Positions 26,997 to 36,927 of a DNA stretch of 64,000 bases are shown piece by piece. The notes beneath the pieces were generated by a model that was given only the letters and a program-made list of their open reading frames with translations, ran no database searches and was not told the origin of the DNA. The stretch is taken from positions 13,828 through 77,827 of the forward strand of contig CAYMXP010000002.1 in the NCBI GenBank assembly GCA_964394425.1. Reading direction: 5' to 3'. Source of the DNA: an uncultured Chryseobacterium sp. (GTDB lineage Bacteria > Bacteroidota > Bacteroidia > Flavobacteriales_F > PHOS-HE28). A program made the translations under genes and the position numbers. How positions within the stretch are numbered: the stretch's first letter is position 1; every line of letters begins with the position of its first letter.

Positions 26997-28114
26997 TGCC
27001 GCGCCGGATCTACATCATCGCCGGCGAAGCCAGCGGCGACCTGCACGGCGCCAACCTGGTGAAGGCCCTCGGGCGCATCGATCCATCGCTCCAGGTGCGG
27101 GCCTGGGGCGGCGACCGCATGGCCGATGCCGGCGCGGAGGTGGTGAAGCACATCCGCGAACTGGCCTTCATGGGGTTCACCGAGGTGCTGATGAACCTGA
27201 ACACGATCGCGCGCAACCTGCGCTTCTGCAAGCAGGACATCGCGGCATGGAAGCCCGACGCGCTGGTGCTGGTCGATTACCCGGGCTTCAACCTGCGGAT
27301 CGCCGAACACGCGCACGCGCTCGGCATCAAGGTCATCTGGTACATCAGCCCGCAGCTCTGGGCCTGGAAGGCGGGCCGCGTGGAGAAGATCCGCCGCTGC
27401 GTGGACCGCATGATGGTGATCCTGCCGTTCGAGAAGGAGTGGTATGCGCGCCATGGCGTGGACGTGGACTTCGTGGGCCACCCGTTGCTGGATGCGATCG
27501 CCGAAGAAGGCACGCATCCGGCGGCCCCATTGCCCGGCGATGATGGACGGAAGGTGATCGCCCTGCTGCCCGGCAGCCGCCGCCAGGAGATCGAGCGCAT
27601 GCTGCCGGTGATGCTCGATGCGTCGGGGTCGTTCACCTCGCACCGCGTGGTGGTGGCCGCCGCGCCCGCGATCCCCGAGGCGTACTATCATGGGACCATG
27701 AAAGGAAGCGATGCGGTGCTGCTCACCGGCCGCACGTACGACCTGCTGCGCACGGCGGAGGCCGCGCTGGTCACCTCCGGCACCGCGACGCTTGAAACGG
27801 CGCTGTTCGGCGTACCCGAAGCGGTGTGTTACAGCGGCGGTGCGTTATCGGTGGCCATCGCGCGCCGCGTGATCAAGGTGCCTTTCATCTCGCTGGTGAA
27901 CCTGATCATGGAGCGCGAGGTGGTGCGCGAGTTCATCCAGCGCGGCATGAACGCGACGGCCTTGCGCGCCGAGCTGGACCGGCTGCTGAACGATGCCCCG
28001 TACCGCGCCCGGATCAAGGCCGACCTCGCTGAACTGCGAGCGCGGCTGGGCGGCAGCGGGGCATCGGACAAAGCGGCCGCCCTCGTGTGGAAAAGTCTGA
28101 AGGAGGGTTCCTGA
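26993..28114 (+). CDS. lpxB: Lipid-A-disaccharide synthase LpxB.
   Basis: 'RIYIIAGEASGDLHGANLVKAL…VDYPGFNLRIAEHAHALGIKVIWYISPQLWAWKAGRVEKI…GSRRQEI'. Confidence 0.9.
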   Translation: MMPRRIYIIAGEASGDLHGANLVKALGRIDPSLQVRAWGGDRMADAGAEVVKHIRELAFMGFTEVLMNLNTIARNLRFCKQDIAAWKPDALVLVDYPGFNLRIAEHAHALGIKVIWYISPQLWAWKAGRVEKIRRCVDRMMVILPFEKEWYARHGVDVDFVGHPLLDAIAEEGTHPAAPLPGDDGRKVIALLPGSRRQEIERMLPVMLDASGSFTSHRVVVAAAPAIPEAYYHGTMKGSDAVLLTGRTYDLLRTAEAALVTSGTATLETALFGVPEAVCYSGGALSVAIARRVIKVPFISLVNLIMEREVVREFIQRGMNATALRAELDRLLNDAPYRARIKADLAELRARLGGSGASDKAAALVWKSLKEGS

Positions 28115-28156
28115 GGTCCGGAAGGGGTGCCGATACTTTTGGCCGCGGTCGGACGT

Positions 28157-29353
28157 ATGAGCACCCGTCACGCGTTCTTCCTCGGCATGCGGCGATCCAC
28201 GGTATTCCTTCTTCTCCTTTCGCTTCGCGCTTCGGCACAGATGCAGGAGGTGCAGATCGGCCTGCTGCGCGACCGGTCGGTGAAGCAGGTGATCGTGCTC
28301 TTCGGCAAGGGCGGCGCGGAGGTGCAGGTCGATGGACGCAAGGTGGGCGAACTGGTGGCCAACGATGGCATCCGCATCGAGGCCACCGCGACCGGTCTCG
28401 AAGGCCGGTCCCTGGCGTCGACGTTCTCGGCGCACCAGCGCCTCACGCTGATCCCCAAGGCCGGAAGCGGCGGGTTCCGCATGCGCGCACTGGACGGAGG
28501 GAAGATGGCCGAACGCAACTACCCCGGCTGGTTCGAAGCGCGCCTGGCCGGTGGCCGCATGGTGCTGGTGAACCAGGTGAAGCTGGAGGAATATGTCGCG
28601 GGCGTGGTGCTGGCCGAGGCGGGGCGCGACCAGGCCGTGGAGTACTACAAGCTGCAGGCGGTCAGCTGCCGCACCTACGCGCTGGCCAACCTGCGCCGCC
28701 ACGCGGCCGAAGGCTTCGAGCTCTGCGACGGCGTGCATTGCCAGGTGTACCACGGCCGAAGCGATCACGATGCCATCGCCGCCGCGTCGCGCGCGACGCG
28801 CGGCATGGTCGCGGTCGATGCGTCGATCCGCCTGATCCACGCCACCTTCCACAGCAACTGCGGCGGCGAGACCATGAACGCCGAAGACCTCTGGAGCAAG
28901 CCGGAGCCCTACCTGCGATCAACGCGCGACACCTTCTGTCTCGATGCGCCGCATGCCACCTGGCAGCGAGCCATCGCGCGCGGGGAATGGCTGGGTTACC
29001 TCCAGCGCCGGTTCAACGTGCCCATCGACGACAAGCACGTGGTGGCGGCCGTCACGCGCTTCACTCCGAACTGCCGTGAGCTTTACCTGCCGGGTGCGCG
29101 CTCGCTCGTTCCGTTGGAGGATGTGCGCACCGACCTGAAGTTGAACTCGGCCTTCTTCTCGATCGAACCGAAAGGGGAGGAGGTGATCCTCTCCGGGCGC
29201 GGTTTCGGCCACGGCGTGGGCGTGTGCCAGGAAGGGGCCATGAGCATGGCCCGCTCCGGCCGCTCGTTCGTGGACATTCTGCACCACTACTATGCGGAGG
29301 TGCATCTGGTGGATCTCTCCACCCTGGATTTCTTCAGGGATGAAGGAGAGTGA
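28157..29353 (+). CDS. SpoIID/LytB-domain protein, a putative cell-wall amidase activator.
   Basis: Signal peptide, then SpoIID-type motifs 'NQVKLEEYVAGVVLAEAG…EYYKLQAVSCRTYAL…GFELCDGVHCQVYHG' and 'ATFHSNCGGETMNAEDLW'. Confidence 0.8.
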   Translation: MSTRHAFFLGMRRSTVFLLLLSLRASAQMQEVQIGLLRDRSVKQVIVLFGKGGAEVQVDGRKVGELVANDGIRIEATATGLEGRSLASTFSAHQRLTLIPKAGSGGFRMRALDGGKMAERNYPGWFEARLAGGRMVLVNQVKLEEYVAGVVLAEAGRDQAVEYYKLQAVSCRTYALANLRRHAAEGFELCDGVHCQVYHGRSDHDAIAAASRATRGMVAVDASIRLIHATFHSNCGGETMNAEDLWSKPEPYLRSTRDTFCLDAPHATWQRAIARGEWLGYLQRRFNVPIDDKHVVAAVTRFTPNCRELYLPGARSLVPLEDVRTDLKLNSAFFSIEPKGEEVILSGRGFGHGVGVCQEGAMSMARSGRSFVDILHHYYAEVHLVDLSTLDFFRDEGE

Positions 29354-29419
29354 GCATCCGGCGGATGCCGGACGATCGATCACGGGAAGGCGATCGTGTC
29401 TTCCGGTCCAGGCGGGGCC

Positions 29420-30118
29420 CTACGGGATGGCGTTGCCGGTGAAGTAGCCCACGAAGATCCCGTCCACGCAGTCCTTGGCATCTCCATTGGCGTTCTGCAA
29501 CCGGCACTGCCAGGTCGCACGCATCTTGATGCCGGCAGAGCCCGATCCATCGTCATAGGGCTGCACATCGGTCACCGTGAAGTGCGAGCCCGCCGGTTGT
29601 GAAGCCACGAAACTGGTCTGGTAGATGGAATTGATATCTCCCGAATCATCCACGGCCATGCTGATGCTCACGCTCGCGCTGGGTCCCATTCCGAACGTCT
29701 TCGTACCCGTGGTGAAGAACATGTCCATTTCCGCCTGGGTGGCATCCGCTCCTGTCCAGGTGAAGCCATAGAACGATACGTTGGTCAGGTAGGGCATGAT
29801 GCCGAACCCGAATTGGGAAACGGCCTGCGTAGCGCCCCCCGCATTGCTCAACAAGGCCGAATGCCAGGAAGTGCTGTCGTAAAGCACGTAGTCCGTGCCG
29901 CTGCCGTCGCAGCTCCAGATCGGTTCGCTGCCGATGTCGATGGAATCGGGATCCACCGGACCGGTCTGGCTGCCGCCACCTCCGCCACTGCCACCGCTGC
30001 CGCCGGAAGGCCCCCCGCCTGTTGGATGCACGGTCGCGGCCTCCTGATCCTTCTCGCACGATGAGAAGGGGATCATGAACAGGATCATCAAGATCAGCAG
30101 CAGTGGGTTGAAACGCAT
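29420..30118 (-). CDS. Hypothetical lipoprotein with a Gly-rich linker.
   Basis: Lipobox 'MRFNPLLLILMILFMIPFSSC', then 'GGGPSGGSGGSGGGGGS', then a globular domain. Start at the ATG at 30118. Confidence 0.5.
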   Translation of the reverse strand: MRFNPLLLILMILFMIPFSSCEKDQEAATVHPTGGGPSGGSGGSGGGGGSQTGPVDPDSIDIGSEPIWSCDGSGTDYVLYDSTSWHSALLSNAGGATQAVSQFGFGIMPYLTNVSFYGFTWTGADATQAEMDMFFTTGTKTFGMGPSASVSISMAVDDSGDINSIYQTSFVASQPAGSHFTVTDVQPYDDGSGSAGIKMRATWQCRLQNANGDAKDCVDGIFVGYFTGNAIP

Positions 30119-30224
30119 GAGGAGGTGATCTTTTCCGGCGCGGCGCAAGATAGACAACGGCCCCGTTCGGCTCGGTGCGAGGTCGGCCGGATACCTTCGC
30201 AGCCCTGTTGATCGCGCCCACCGG

Positions 30225-31403
30225 ATGCCCACCGCCCGCCTGTTCATCAGCGATCCCCAGGGGCGGGTGGCACGAGGCCACCCGTGGGTCTTCGCCTCGC
30301 AAGTGCTGCGCATGGAAGGCGAGCCCGCCCCCGGGGACATCGTTGAGGTGATCGACGTGAAGCTGGGACCCGCCGGCCTGGGCTATTTCAACCCCCGCTC
30401 CCAGATCCGCGTCCGCCTGCTCACGCGCGACGTGCGAACGGCCATCGACGATGGCTTCTTCCGCGACCGCATCCGCAAGGCCTGGGGACTCCGGAAGCGC
30501 ACCATGCCTGATGCGACGAGCCTGCGCGTGGTCTTCGGCGAGAGCGATGGACTGCCCGCGCTGGTGGTGGACAAGTTCAACGACGTGCTGGTGGTCCAGA
30601 CCTTGGCCCTGGGCATCGACCGGTGGAAGGAGAGCATCGTGGAGAGCCTGCGCGAGCTGATCGCGCCGCGCGGCATCTACGAGCGCAACGACGTGGCCAT
30701 CCGGGAAAAGGAGGGGCTTCCACAGGTGAAGGGCTTCATCGGGGAGGGGTTCGACACGCGGATCATCATCGAGGAGAACGAACTGAAATTCCAGATCGAC
30801 GTGGCCGCCGATCAGAAGACCGGGCATTTCCTGGATCAGCGCCTGAACCACGCCGCCATGCGGATGATCGCGCGCGATGCGCGGGTGCTGGATCTGTTCG
30901 CCCACACCGGCGGCTTCGCCCTTCACGCGGCGAACCACGGTGCGGCTTCGGTGCTGGGCATCGACATTTCTGAAAGCGCCGTGGAGCGCGCGCGATCGAA
31001 CGCGGCCCTCAACGGCGTGCAGGATCGCTGCACGTTCGAGGCGGTCAATGTGTTCGACTTCCTGGGCAGTGCGAGCCGTGAACGGAAGCAGTGGGACGTG
31101 ATCGTGCTGGACCCGCCGGCCTTCGCCAAGAGCCGGGCGGCCCTCGATGCCGCCGTGCGCGGCTACAAGGAGATCAACCTGCGCGCGCTGCAATGCCTGC
31201 CACCCGGAGGTTTTCTGCTGACCTGTTCCTGCTCCTTCCACCTGAGCCCGCAACGCTTCCGCGACATGCTTGCCGATGCGGCGCAGGATGCGGGCCGGAG
31301 CCTGCGCGAGATCTACCGCGGCACACAACCGCCGGATCACCCGATCCTTTGGGGCGCACCGGAGACGCACTACCTCAAGTGCCTGGTCGTGCAGGTGTTA
31401 TGA
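30225..31403 (+). CDS. RlmI/RlmK-like 23S rRNA (cytosine-C5) methyltransferase with PUA and class I methyltransferase domains.
   Basis: SAM motifs 'VLDLFAHTGGFALHAA' and 'DVIVLDPPAFAKS'. Catalytic 'LLTCSCS'. PUA-like N-terminus. Confidence 0.8.
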   Translation: MPTARLFISDPQGRVARGHPWVFASQVLRMEGEPAPGDIVEVIDVKLGPAGLGYFNPRSQIRVRLLTRDVRTAIDDGFFRDRIRKAWGLRKRTMPDATSLRVVFGESDGLPALVVDKFNDVLVVQTLALGIDRWKESIVESLRELIAPRGIYERNDVAIREKEGLPQVKGFIGEGFDTRIIIEENELKFQIDVAADQKTGHFLDQRLNHAAMRMIARDARVLDLFAHTGGFALHAANHGAASVLGIDISESAVERARSNAALNGVQDRCTFEAVNVFDFLGSASRERKQWDVIVLDPPAFAKSRAALDAAVRGYKEINLRALQCLPPGGFLLTCSCSFHLSPQRFRDMLADAAQDAGRSLREIYRGTQPPDHPILWGAPETHYLKCLVVQVL

Positions 31404-31562
31404 GATCCGGTCTCGACCGGAACATCGGGGAGATGCAGGTGGGACCCCGGGACAGCGGATCGAGCCGTGGTGCCGGTGTCGCATGGATGGAGATCGAACG
31501 CATGGACCGACCCCGCCCCAGGCTCGATCCATGGAAGGCGCGGACCGGCGATCTTCGAGCGG

Positions 31563-33668
31563 ATGGATCCTCAGTTGCGAAGCGATCTGGCCCGCGCTCC
31601 GGCCTTGCGCACCGCGATCCCCTTCATGGCGGGGCTTGCGCTGGCCCGCTGGCTGGTGCCTTCCATGGCCGTGTTCCTGGCGGCCGGCATCGCCGTCGGA
31701 GCATGCATGCTGGTGATGGTCGCCGTTCGGGTGAAGTACCCGATGCGCTGGACGCGCGGGGTGCTGCTTACGCTCTCGATGCTCGGGCTCGGCCTGCTCT
31801 GGCAGGGCCTTCGCGATCCGCGATCGGACCGCCATGCGTTCCATCCCTCCAAAAGCGACGCGGTGCTGCTGATCGAGCTCCGGGATCCTGTGTACATCGG
31901 CTCGCGCAGCGCCCGTTTTGAGGCATCGCCGATCGCCCTCCGCGAGGGATCCTTCGCGCGCGAGGTCTCCGGTCGGGTCTACCTGACCCTGGCATTGGAA
32001 ACCCCTGGAGCGGTGCCCGCGAAAGGCGACCGCCTGTGGATCGAAACGCGCATGAGGGCGATCGACCGCGTTCCCGATCCGGGCGGTTTCGATCGCGCGG
32101 CATACGCCGCCGGCCAGGGCATCTTCCTCGAGGCCTACGCGCCGGCGGACCGCTGGCGGAAGGCTTCGCATCGAGCGAGCTGGACCGACGGTTTCGCCGG
32201 CGCGCGCGAACGCATTTCCACCTGGCTGGTGGAAAGCGGCCTCCCCGCGCGTGAACGGGCGCTGGCCAAGGCGTTGCTGCTGGGTGTGCGCGATGAGCTG
32301 GATCAGGACCAGAAGACCGCCTTCGCACGCAGCGGCACCATGCACGTGCTGGCGGTGAGCGGCATGCATGTGGGCTTGATCTTCATCGTGTTCAGCACGT
32401 TGCTGAACTGGTGGGGCGAGCGCCGCGTTCCGCGGATCGCGCGTGGGATCATCGTCCTTTCGGCGCTCTGGGGCTACGCGGGCCTCACCGGCGCCGCGCC
32501 CTCGGTATTGCGCGCGACCATCATGTTCACGCTTTTCACGTTGGCGGGGATGAGCGGCAGGCAGGGCGGCGCGCTCAACAGCCTGTTCATGGCGGCTTTC
32601 CTGTTGCTGGTCTGGGATCCCCTGATGCTCGTGCAGCTCAGTTTCCAGCTTTCGTTCCTGGCCGTGCTGGGGATCGTGCTGTTCTACAAGCCGCTCCTGC
32701 GGCTATGGTCCCCGCCCAACCGCGTGCTGCATTACGCCTGGTCGGCCGCGGTGGTGAGCGTGGCCGCGCAATTGACCACCACGCCGCTGTCGATCTGGGT
32801 GTTCAAGGCCTTTCCGATCTGGTTCCTGCCGGCCAACATCCTGATCGTGGGCGTGGTGTCGCTGGCGGTGTATGGCGGCGCGCTGCTGGTGCTCTTTTTC
32901 AAGGTCCCGTTCATCGGCGCGGCGCTCACCTGGAGCATGACCGGACTGCTCAACTTCCTCGGCTGGAGCACGGCCGTGTTCGGGTGGCTTCCAGGAGCCT
33001 ATCCGGGCGTGCGGATAGGCGTCGCGCTCTGCATCGCGCTCTACCTGCTCATCGCCCTGGGCGCCGGTGCGCTCACCTGGCGGATCCGGGCCATGCGATG
33101 GTCGTTCGCGATGGTCCTGCTGGCGACGTTGGTCCTATGGGCCTGGAGCGCGCATCGAACGGGCCGCATCCAACGGTTCGTGGTCCACGATCAACGCGCC
33201 GATCTCGTTGCGTCGATCCAGGTCGGAAGGGACCTGGTGCTGATCGCGGACAGCGCGCTCGCCGCCGAACCCTGGATGGCCGGGAGGATCGAGGCTCAAC
33301 AACGTGCCACCGGGGCGGTGATCAGGGATCTTTCGCGTTGGGAGGAGGTTCACGCCACGGGATGGCGCACCCGTGGTCCCGTCATGTTCGGGTCAGGGTT
33401 CATCTCCTGGTCCGATGGACGCGCAAGGTTCCAGGGCCTGGAGATCCCGAAGTCGCCATCCGGACCAGTTCCGGTGGATGTGCTGGTACTGACCGATGAG
33501 GGCAGGTACGACCTGGAGGCGCTGGTGGCCGCCTTCACCCCGGGAACGCTGGTGCTTTCGCCGGGGATCAACGGGCTTGAGCGGTACCGGGTTCGGCAAT
33601 GGTGCGGAACCGCCAGGCTGGCCTGCCACGATGTGAAACGGCAGGGGGCGTTCATTTTTGAACGGTGA
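31563..33668 (+). CDS. comEC: ComEC/Rec2-family DNA internalization channel protein.
   Basis: Competence-domain motifs 'ARSGTMHVLAVSGMHVGLI' and 'LRATIMFTLFTL', with many TM helices. The C-terminal ~200 aa are non-membrane. Start ambiguous: the ORF opens at 31467 and MDPQLRS at 31563 was chosen. Confidence 0.8.
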   Translation: MDPQLRSDLARAPALRTAIPFMAGLALARWLVPSMAVFLAAGIAVGACMLVMVAVRVKYPMRWTRGVLLTLSMLGLGLLWQGLRDPRSDRHAFHPSKSDAVLLIELRDPVYIGSRSARFEASPIALREGSFAREVSGRVYLTLALETPGAVPAKGDRLWIETRMRAIDRVPDPGGFDRAAYAAGQGIFLEAYAPADRWRKASHRASWTDGFAGARERISTWLVESGLPARERALAKALLLGVRDELDQDQKTAFARSGTMHVLAVSGMHVGLIFIVFSTLLNWWGERRVPRIARGIIVLSALWGYAGLTGAAPSVLRATIMFTLFTLAGMSGRQGGALNSLFMAAFLLLVWDPLMLVQLSFQLSFLAVLGIVLFYKPLLRLWSPPNRVLHYAWSAAVVSVAAQLTTTPLSIWVFKAFPIWFLPANILIVGVVSLAVYGGALLVLFFKVPFIGAALTWSMTGLLNFLGWSTAVFGWLPGAYPGVRIGVALCIALYLLIALGAGALTWRIRAMRWSFAMVLLATLVLWAWSAHRTGRIQRFVVHDQRADLVASIQVGRDLVLIADSALAAEPWMAGRIEAQQRATGAVIRDLSRWEEVHATGWRTRGPVMFGSGFISWSDGRARFQGLEIPKSPSGPVPVDVLVLTDEGRYDLEALVAAFTPGTLVLSPGINGLERYRVRQWCGTARLACHDVKRQGAFIFER

Positions 33669-33960
33669 TCGGGATCCAGGCACTGGGGGGGCCGTGCCGG
33701 GGATCCTTTCCGCCGCATGCAATGATCGCCCGCCGGGCCCCGTTATCCAGCCAAATGCAGACACAACCCCTTTCCGCATGAGGCTTTCGACCCTTCCCCG
33801 CAACTCCTCCCGACCCCGACAGCGCCGCCTCGAACACCAGCCCACCCCAGGGCCTCGGCACGCCACGCTCAAGAAGATCATGGACTACTCCAGGGCGCTG
33901 CGCGTGGTGGATGCACCGCCGCTCGGGCAGGTGGATGTCATCCTGAACTGAGGCTCCGGT

Positions 33961-34596
33961 TCAGCGGAAGAGATCCTTCCTGCCCACCACCGAGCAGATC
34001 GGGCATTTTCGTGGGTCATGTCCCTTGGCCGGACAATGCTCCCTGCCGAAGTGAATGATGCGCAGGTGCAGATCGGCCCATTGATCCTCGGGATAGAGCT
34101 TCTTCAGATCGGCCTCGGTGCGCTCCACGCTTTTCCCGGTGCTGAGCGTCCAGCGCCAGGCGAGGCGATGGATGTGCGTGTCCACCGGGAAGGCCGGCAC
34201 CCTGAAGGCCTGCACCATCACCACGCTGGCGGTCTTGTGGCCGACCGAGGGAAGCGCTTCCAACTCTTCCAGCGTTCCCGGCACCTTGCCACCATGCTTT
34301 TCCAGGATGATCCTGCTGAGACCATGGATCCCTTTCGCTTTCGCCGGTGCCAGCCCGCACGGCCGGATGATGTCCTCGATCTCCTGCACGCGCAGCTTCA
34401 CCATCTGCTGCGGCGTGCGCGCCCTGTCGAAGAGCAGCGGCGTGATCTCGTTCACCTTTTTGTCCGTGCATTGGGCGCTGAGCACCACGGCCACCAGCAG
34501 GGTGTAGGGATCCCCGTGGTCGAGCGGGATGCGCGTGCGCGGGTAGAGCTCGGCGAGCTTCGTGGTGACGAATTCAGCCTTCTCCTTCCGGTTCAT
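33961..34596 (-). CDS. nth: Endonuclease III (Nth), a base-excision DNA glycosylase.
   Basis: HhH-GPD 'LPSVGHKTASVVM' and FeS cluster loop 'CPAKGHDPRKCPIC'. Confidence 0.9.
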   Translation of the reverse strand: MNRKEKAEFVTTKLAELYPRTRIPLDHGDPYTLLVAVVLSAQCTDKKVNEITPLLFDRARTPQQMVKLRVQEIEDIIRPCGLAPAKAKGIHGLSRIILEKHGGKVPGTLEELEALPSVGHKTASVVMVQAFRVPAFPVDTHIHRLAWRWTLSTGKSVERTEADLKKLYPEDQWADLHLRIIHFGREHCPAKGHDPRKCPICSVVGRKDLFR

Positions 34597-35378
34597 CGGG
34601 GAAGCCAGTGCTGGCGGACGATGTCAGTGAAGTGTACCACACGTTCAGCCAGCGCCGCATCGAAGAGGAAGGGTCGCACATCCTCGGCTTGGGCCTTCAT
34701 GTCGAGTTTGGCACAATGGGCGATGAGCTTCTCGGCTAGCTCCTTCTGCGAGTTAACGCCGATGCGCTTCGCCATGTATCCTACGTCCGGCTCCGCGTTG
34801 CGACCGAGCAGGAAGACCGCGTCGAAGAAGTCCCGGCCCTTGTTGCGAGGACGGCCGAGGATGGCGTGGCACTTCTGCGCGAGCAGCAAGGAAGGGGAGC
34901 AACACGGCAAGCTGAACGACACATCGAACTTGTCGAGTCGGAGCAACTCCGGTGTGTAGTCGAAATGCTGCGGTTCGGTATCGAATTGGATCAGCACGCT
35001 CTGCTCCACGTGCCCGCTCAGGCCGTGCTGGAAGAGCAGGCCGGGGAAGCGCACCTTGCAGCGGAAGGCGGTCTTGCTGCGCACCTGCACGTCCACCGTG
35101 TAGCCTTCGCGCTCCAAGCCTTCTCCTACGAGTTCGGCCAGACGCTTGAACTCATCCTTGTCCAGCCCAAGGTTGTCGAAGTCCAGATCCTCGCTGAAGC
35201 GCTGGTTGCCGTGCAGCAGCCGCAGGCAGGTGCCGCCGAGAAAGACGAGCTGCCGTGACTGCTCCGTGCGGTAGATGAGCTGCAGTATGCGGTACTGCAA
35301 GTACTCGCGCAGCAGGAACGATGTCCTGTCGTGCAGCTGCGGCGGATAGCCCGCCCTTATTTCATCCAGCGTGATCAT
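34593..35378 (-). CDS. AbiEii/AbiGii-family nucleotidyltransferase toxin (type IV toxin-antitoxin / abortive infection).
   Basis: DUF1814-like pattern 'LVFLGGTCLRLLHGNQRFSEDLDFD…'. Start overlaps the stop of the upstream AbiEi-like gene. Confidence 0.75.
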   Translation of the reverse strand: MITLDEIRAGYPPQLHDRTSFLLREYLQYRILQLIYRTEQSRQLVFLGGTCLRLLHGNQRFSEDLDFDNLGLDKDEFKRLAELVGEGLEREGYTVDVQVRSKTAFRCKVRFPGLLFQHGLSGHVEQSVLIQFDTEPQHFDYTPELLRLDKFDVSFSLPCCSPSLLLAQKCHAILGRPRNKGRDFFDAVFLLGRNAEPDVGYMAKRIGVNSQKELAEKLIAHCAKLDMKAQAEDVRPFLFDAALAERVVHFTDIVRQHWLPR

Positions 35379-36060
35379 GCAACCATCTTCTCAAACGGCG
35401 GTAGCGCGTGAGCAAGGCACGCGAACCTTCCGCATTGGCGAAGTCGTCCAAGCGCGCGTGATCGACCCGTTCGTTGATCTCCTCAGCGTTCAAGCGCCAT
35501 GACTCGAATGCGTCGGGGCCATCCACGGTCGGTTCCAAATAGAGCAGATCGAGCAGCGTCTTCTCCGGGCTGGCCATCATGATCGTCACTCCGTTGCGCT
35601 CGATGAAGGTGTAGCCGTAGTAGAAGTTCGGCCGCACGTTGCGATAGCTGAAGTCCGTTCCGGCGAAGGAAAAACGCTTCGTGTGGATCGTGGTAACGCT
35701 TTCGATATGGAAGACGCCCTCAGGAATGAAGCCGTGATAAGCCAGCGCGCTGCGAAGGCTCACATAGCTCGGTGCGTAGATGGTGTTCGCGATGGCCCAG
35801 CGATCGTGCTCGTTGCTGGGGCGTTCGGCGATGCGGTAGAAGCCGTTACGGATCTTCAACAGCAGGCCGCGCCGCTGCCATTGGCTCAGGCGGCTGCGGT
35901 GCATGTCAGGGAATCGGATAGCGATGTCCGACAGGGAGATCACCGGCCTATCCAGGTAGGTCTTGCGGAAGTCGGCGTAGCGGTGCCGGTCGATAGCCTC
36001 CCTTCTTCGCGGCTGCTGGTTTGTGTTCAAAACATGCGCAAAATAGCACGAAATAGACAC
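35362..36060 (-). CDS. AbiEi-family antitoxin / transcriptional regulator.
   Basis: N-terminal winged-helix AbiEi_4-like 'ISLSDIAIRFPDMHRSRLSQWQRRGLLLKIRNGFYRIA' and C-terminal 'PEKTLLDLLY'. Start uncertain. Confidence 0.7.
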   Translation of the reverse strand: MSISCYFAHVLNTNQQPRRREAIDRHRYADFRKTYLDRPVISLSDIAIRFPDMHRSRLSQWQRRGLLLKIRNGFYRIAERPSNEHDRWAIANTIYAPSYVSLRSALAYHGFIPEGVFHIESVTTIHTKRFSFAGTDFSYRNVRPNFYYGYTFIERNGVTIMMASPEKTLLDLLYLEPTVDGPDAFESWRLNAEEINERVDHARLDDFANAEGSRALLTRYRRLRRWLHDHAG

Positions 36061-36230
36061 GGACCGGCATTTCTGGAGGACTTGCCTCGGCGTGGCCGAT
36101 GGTGGTTTATGTCAGGAAAGGCCTGGAGCCGGGCTTTGGTGACATAAAGCGAGTGCGATCGGTATGTGCGTGTGGGGGTAGAGCTCGGAGAGATCGAGAG
36201 AGACGAAGGCGGCTTTCTCCTTCCTGGTCA

Positions 36231-36704
36231 TCACCACAAGAACGTGTGCGGCAACGAACCTCGGATGAACGTATGCGACCGCGTCGGCATCTTCTCGCCC
36301 TCCACATGCACCAGGTTCTGCTGCTCGCCGAAGACATCCTGCAGCAAGGTGTTGCCCACCATCAGGCTATCGGGTGTGGAGATGCCTTCCACCTGCAGGT
36401 AGCAGTAAAGCGTTTCCCCATCGAGCTCCTTGCCGATCCATTTCCACGCGAGCTGCCTCCCCTGGAAGAGCGTGAGGTGCTCCATGAAGTAGCGGTTCAG
36501 CAGGCTGTCGGCCTTGGGGTGCTCGTTGGTGGAGCCGAGCTTGAGTTCGCCGCGCGGGGCAAGCACATGCTCGATGTCGTGCGCGGTGATGCGCCAGGTG
36601 AGGTCGAGGGTCTTGGTCTCCGGCTTGTGGCGGATCGTGAGGATGGAGACGAAGAAGTCGTGCGGGGCGAACGCGAGCGAAGCGGCGAGGAGCAGGGCCT
36701 TCAT
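36231..36704 (-). CDS. Small secreted hypothetical protein.
   Basis: Signal peptide 'MKALLLAASLAFAPHDFFVSILTI', then a ~130-aa domain. Divergent from the M1 peptidase gene. Start at the ATG at 36704. Confidence 0.45.
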   Translation of the reverse strand: MKALLLAASLAFAPHDFFVSILTIRHKPETKTLDLTWRITAHDIEHVLAPRGELKLGSTNEHPKADSLLNRYFMEHLTLFQGRQLAWKWIGKELDGETLYCYLQVEGISTPDSLMVGNTLLQDVFGEQQNLVHVEGEKMPTRSHTFIRGSLPHTFLW

Positions 36705-36927
36705 GGGAGCGAAGTTCGGAACGAATGCGATGAACCGCGACGACCGTGCCTGCGCGAAGCCGCTTCGGCGAAGGCAAGGCGCAACGACGCGACGGGCGCG
36801 CAGCGCTGAGGGGAATGTGATGGACTTCGCCAATAGGGCGACAACCCAACCTCTTTGGATCCACGTTGTGATCCCGTCGCGTCGTTGCGTCGTTGCGGTG
36901 GAAACTCCCCTCCATACTTTCGCATTC

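Noticed and set aside
33669-33960. The 290-bp intergenic region between comEC and nth, considered as a tRNA or ncRNA locus.
   Set aside because: No cloverleaf-compatible stems or conserved tRNA boxes could be found by eye. Only a weak 6-bp inverted repeat is present at the nth 3' end.
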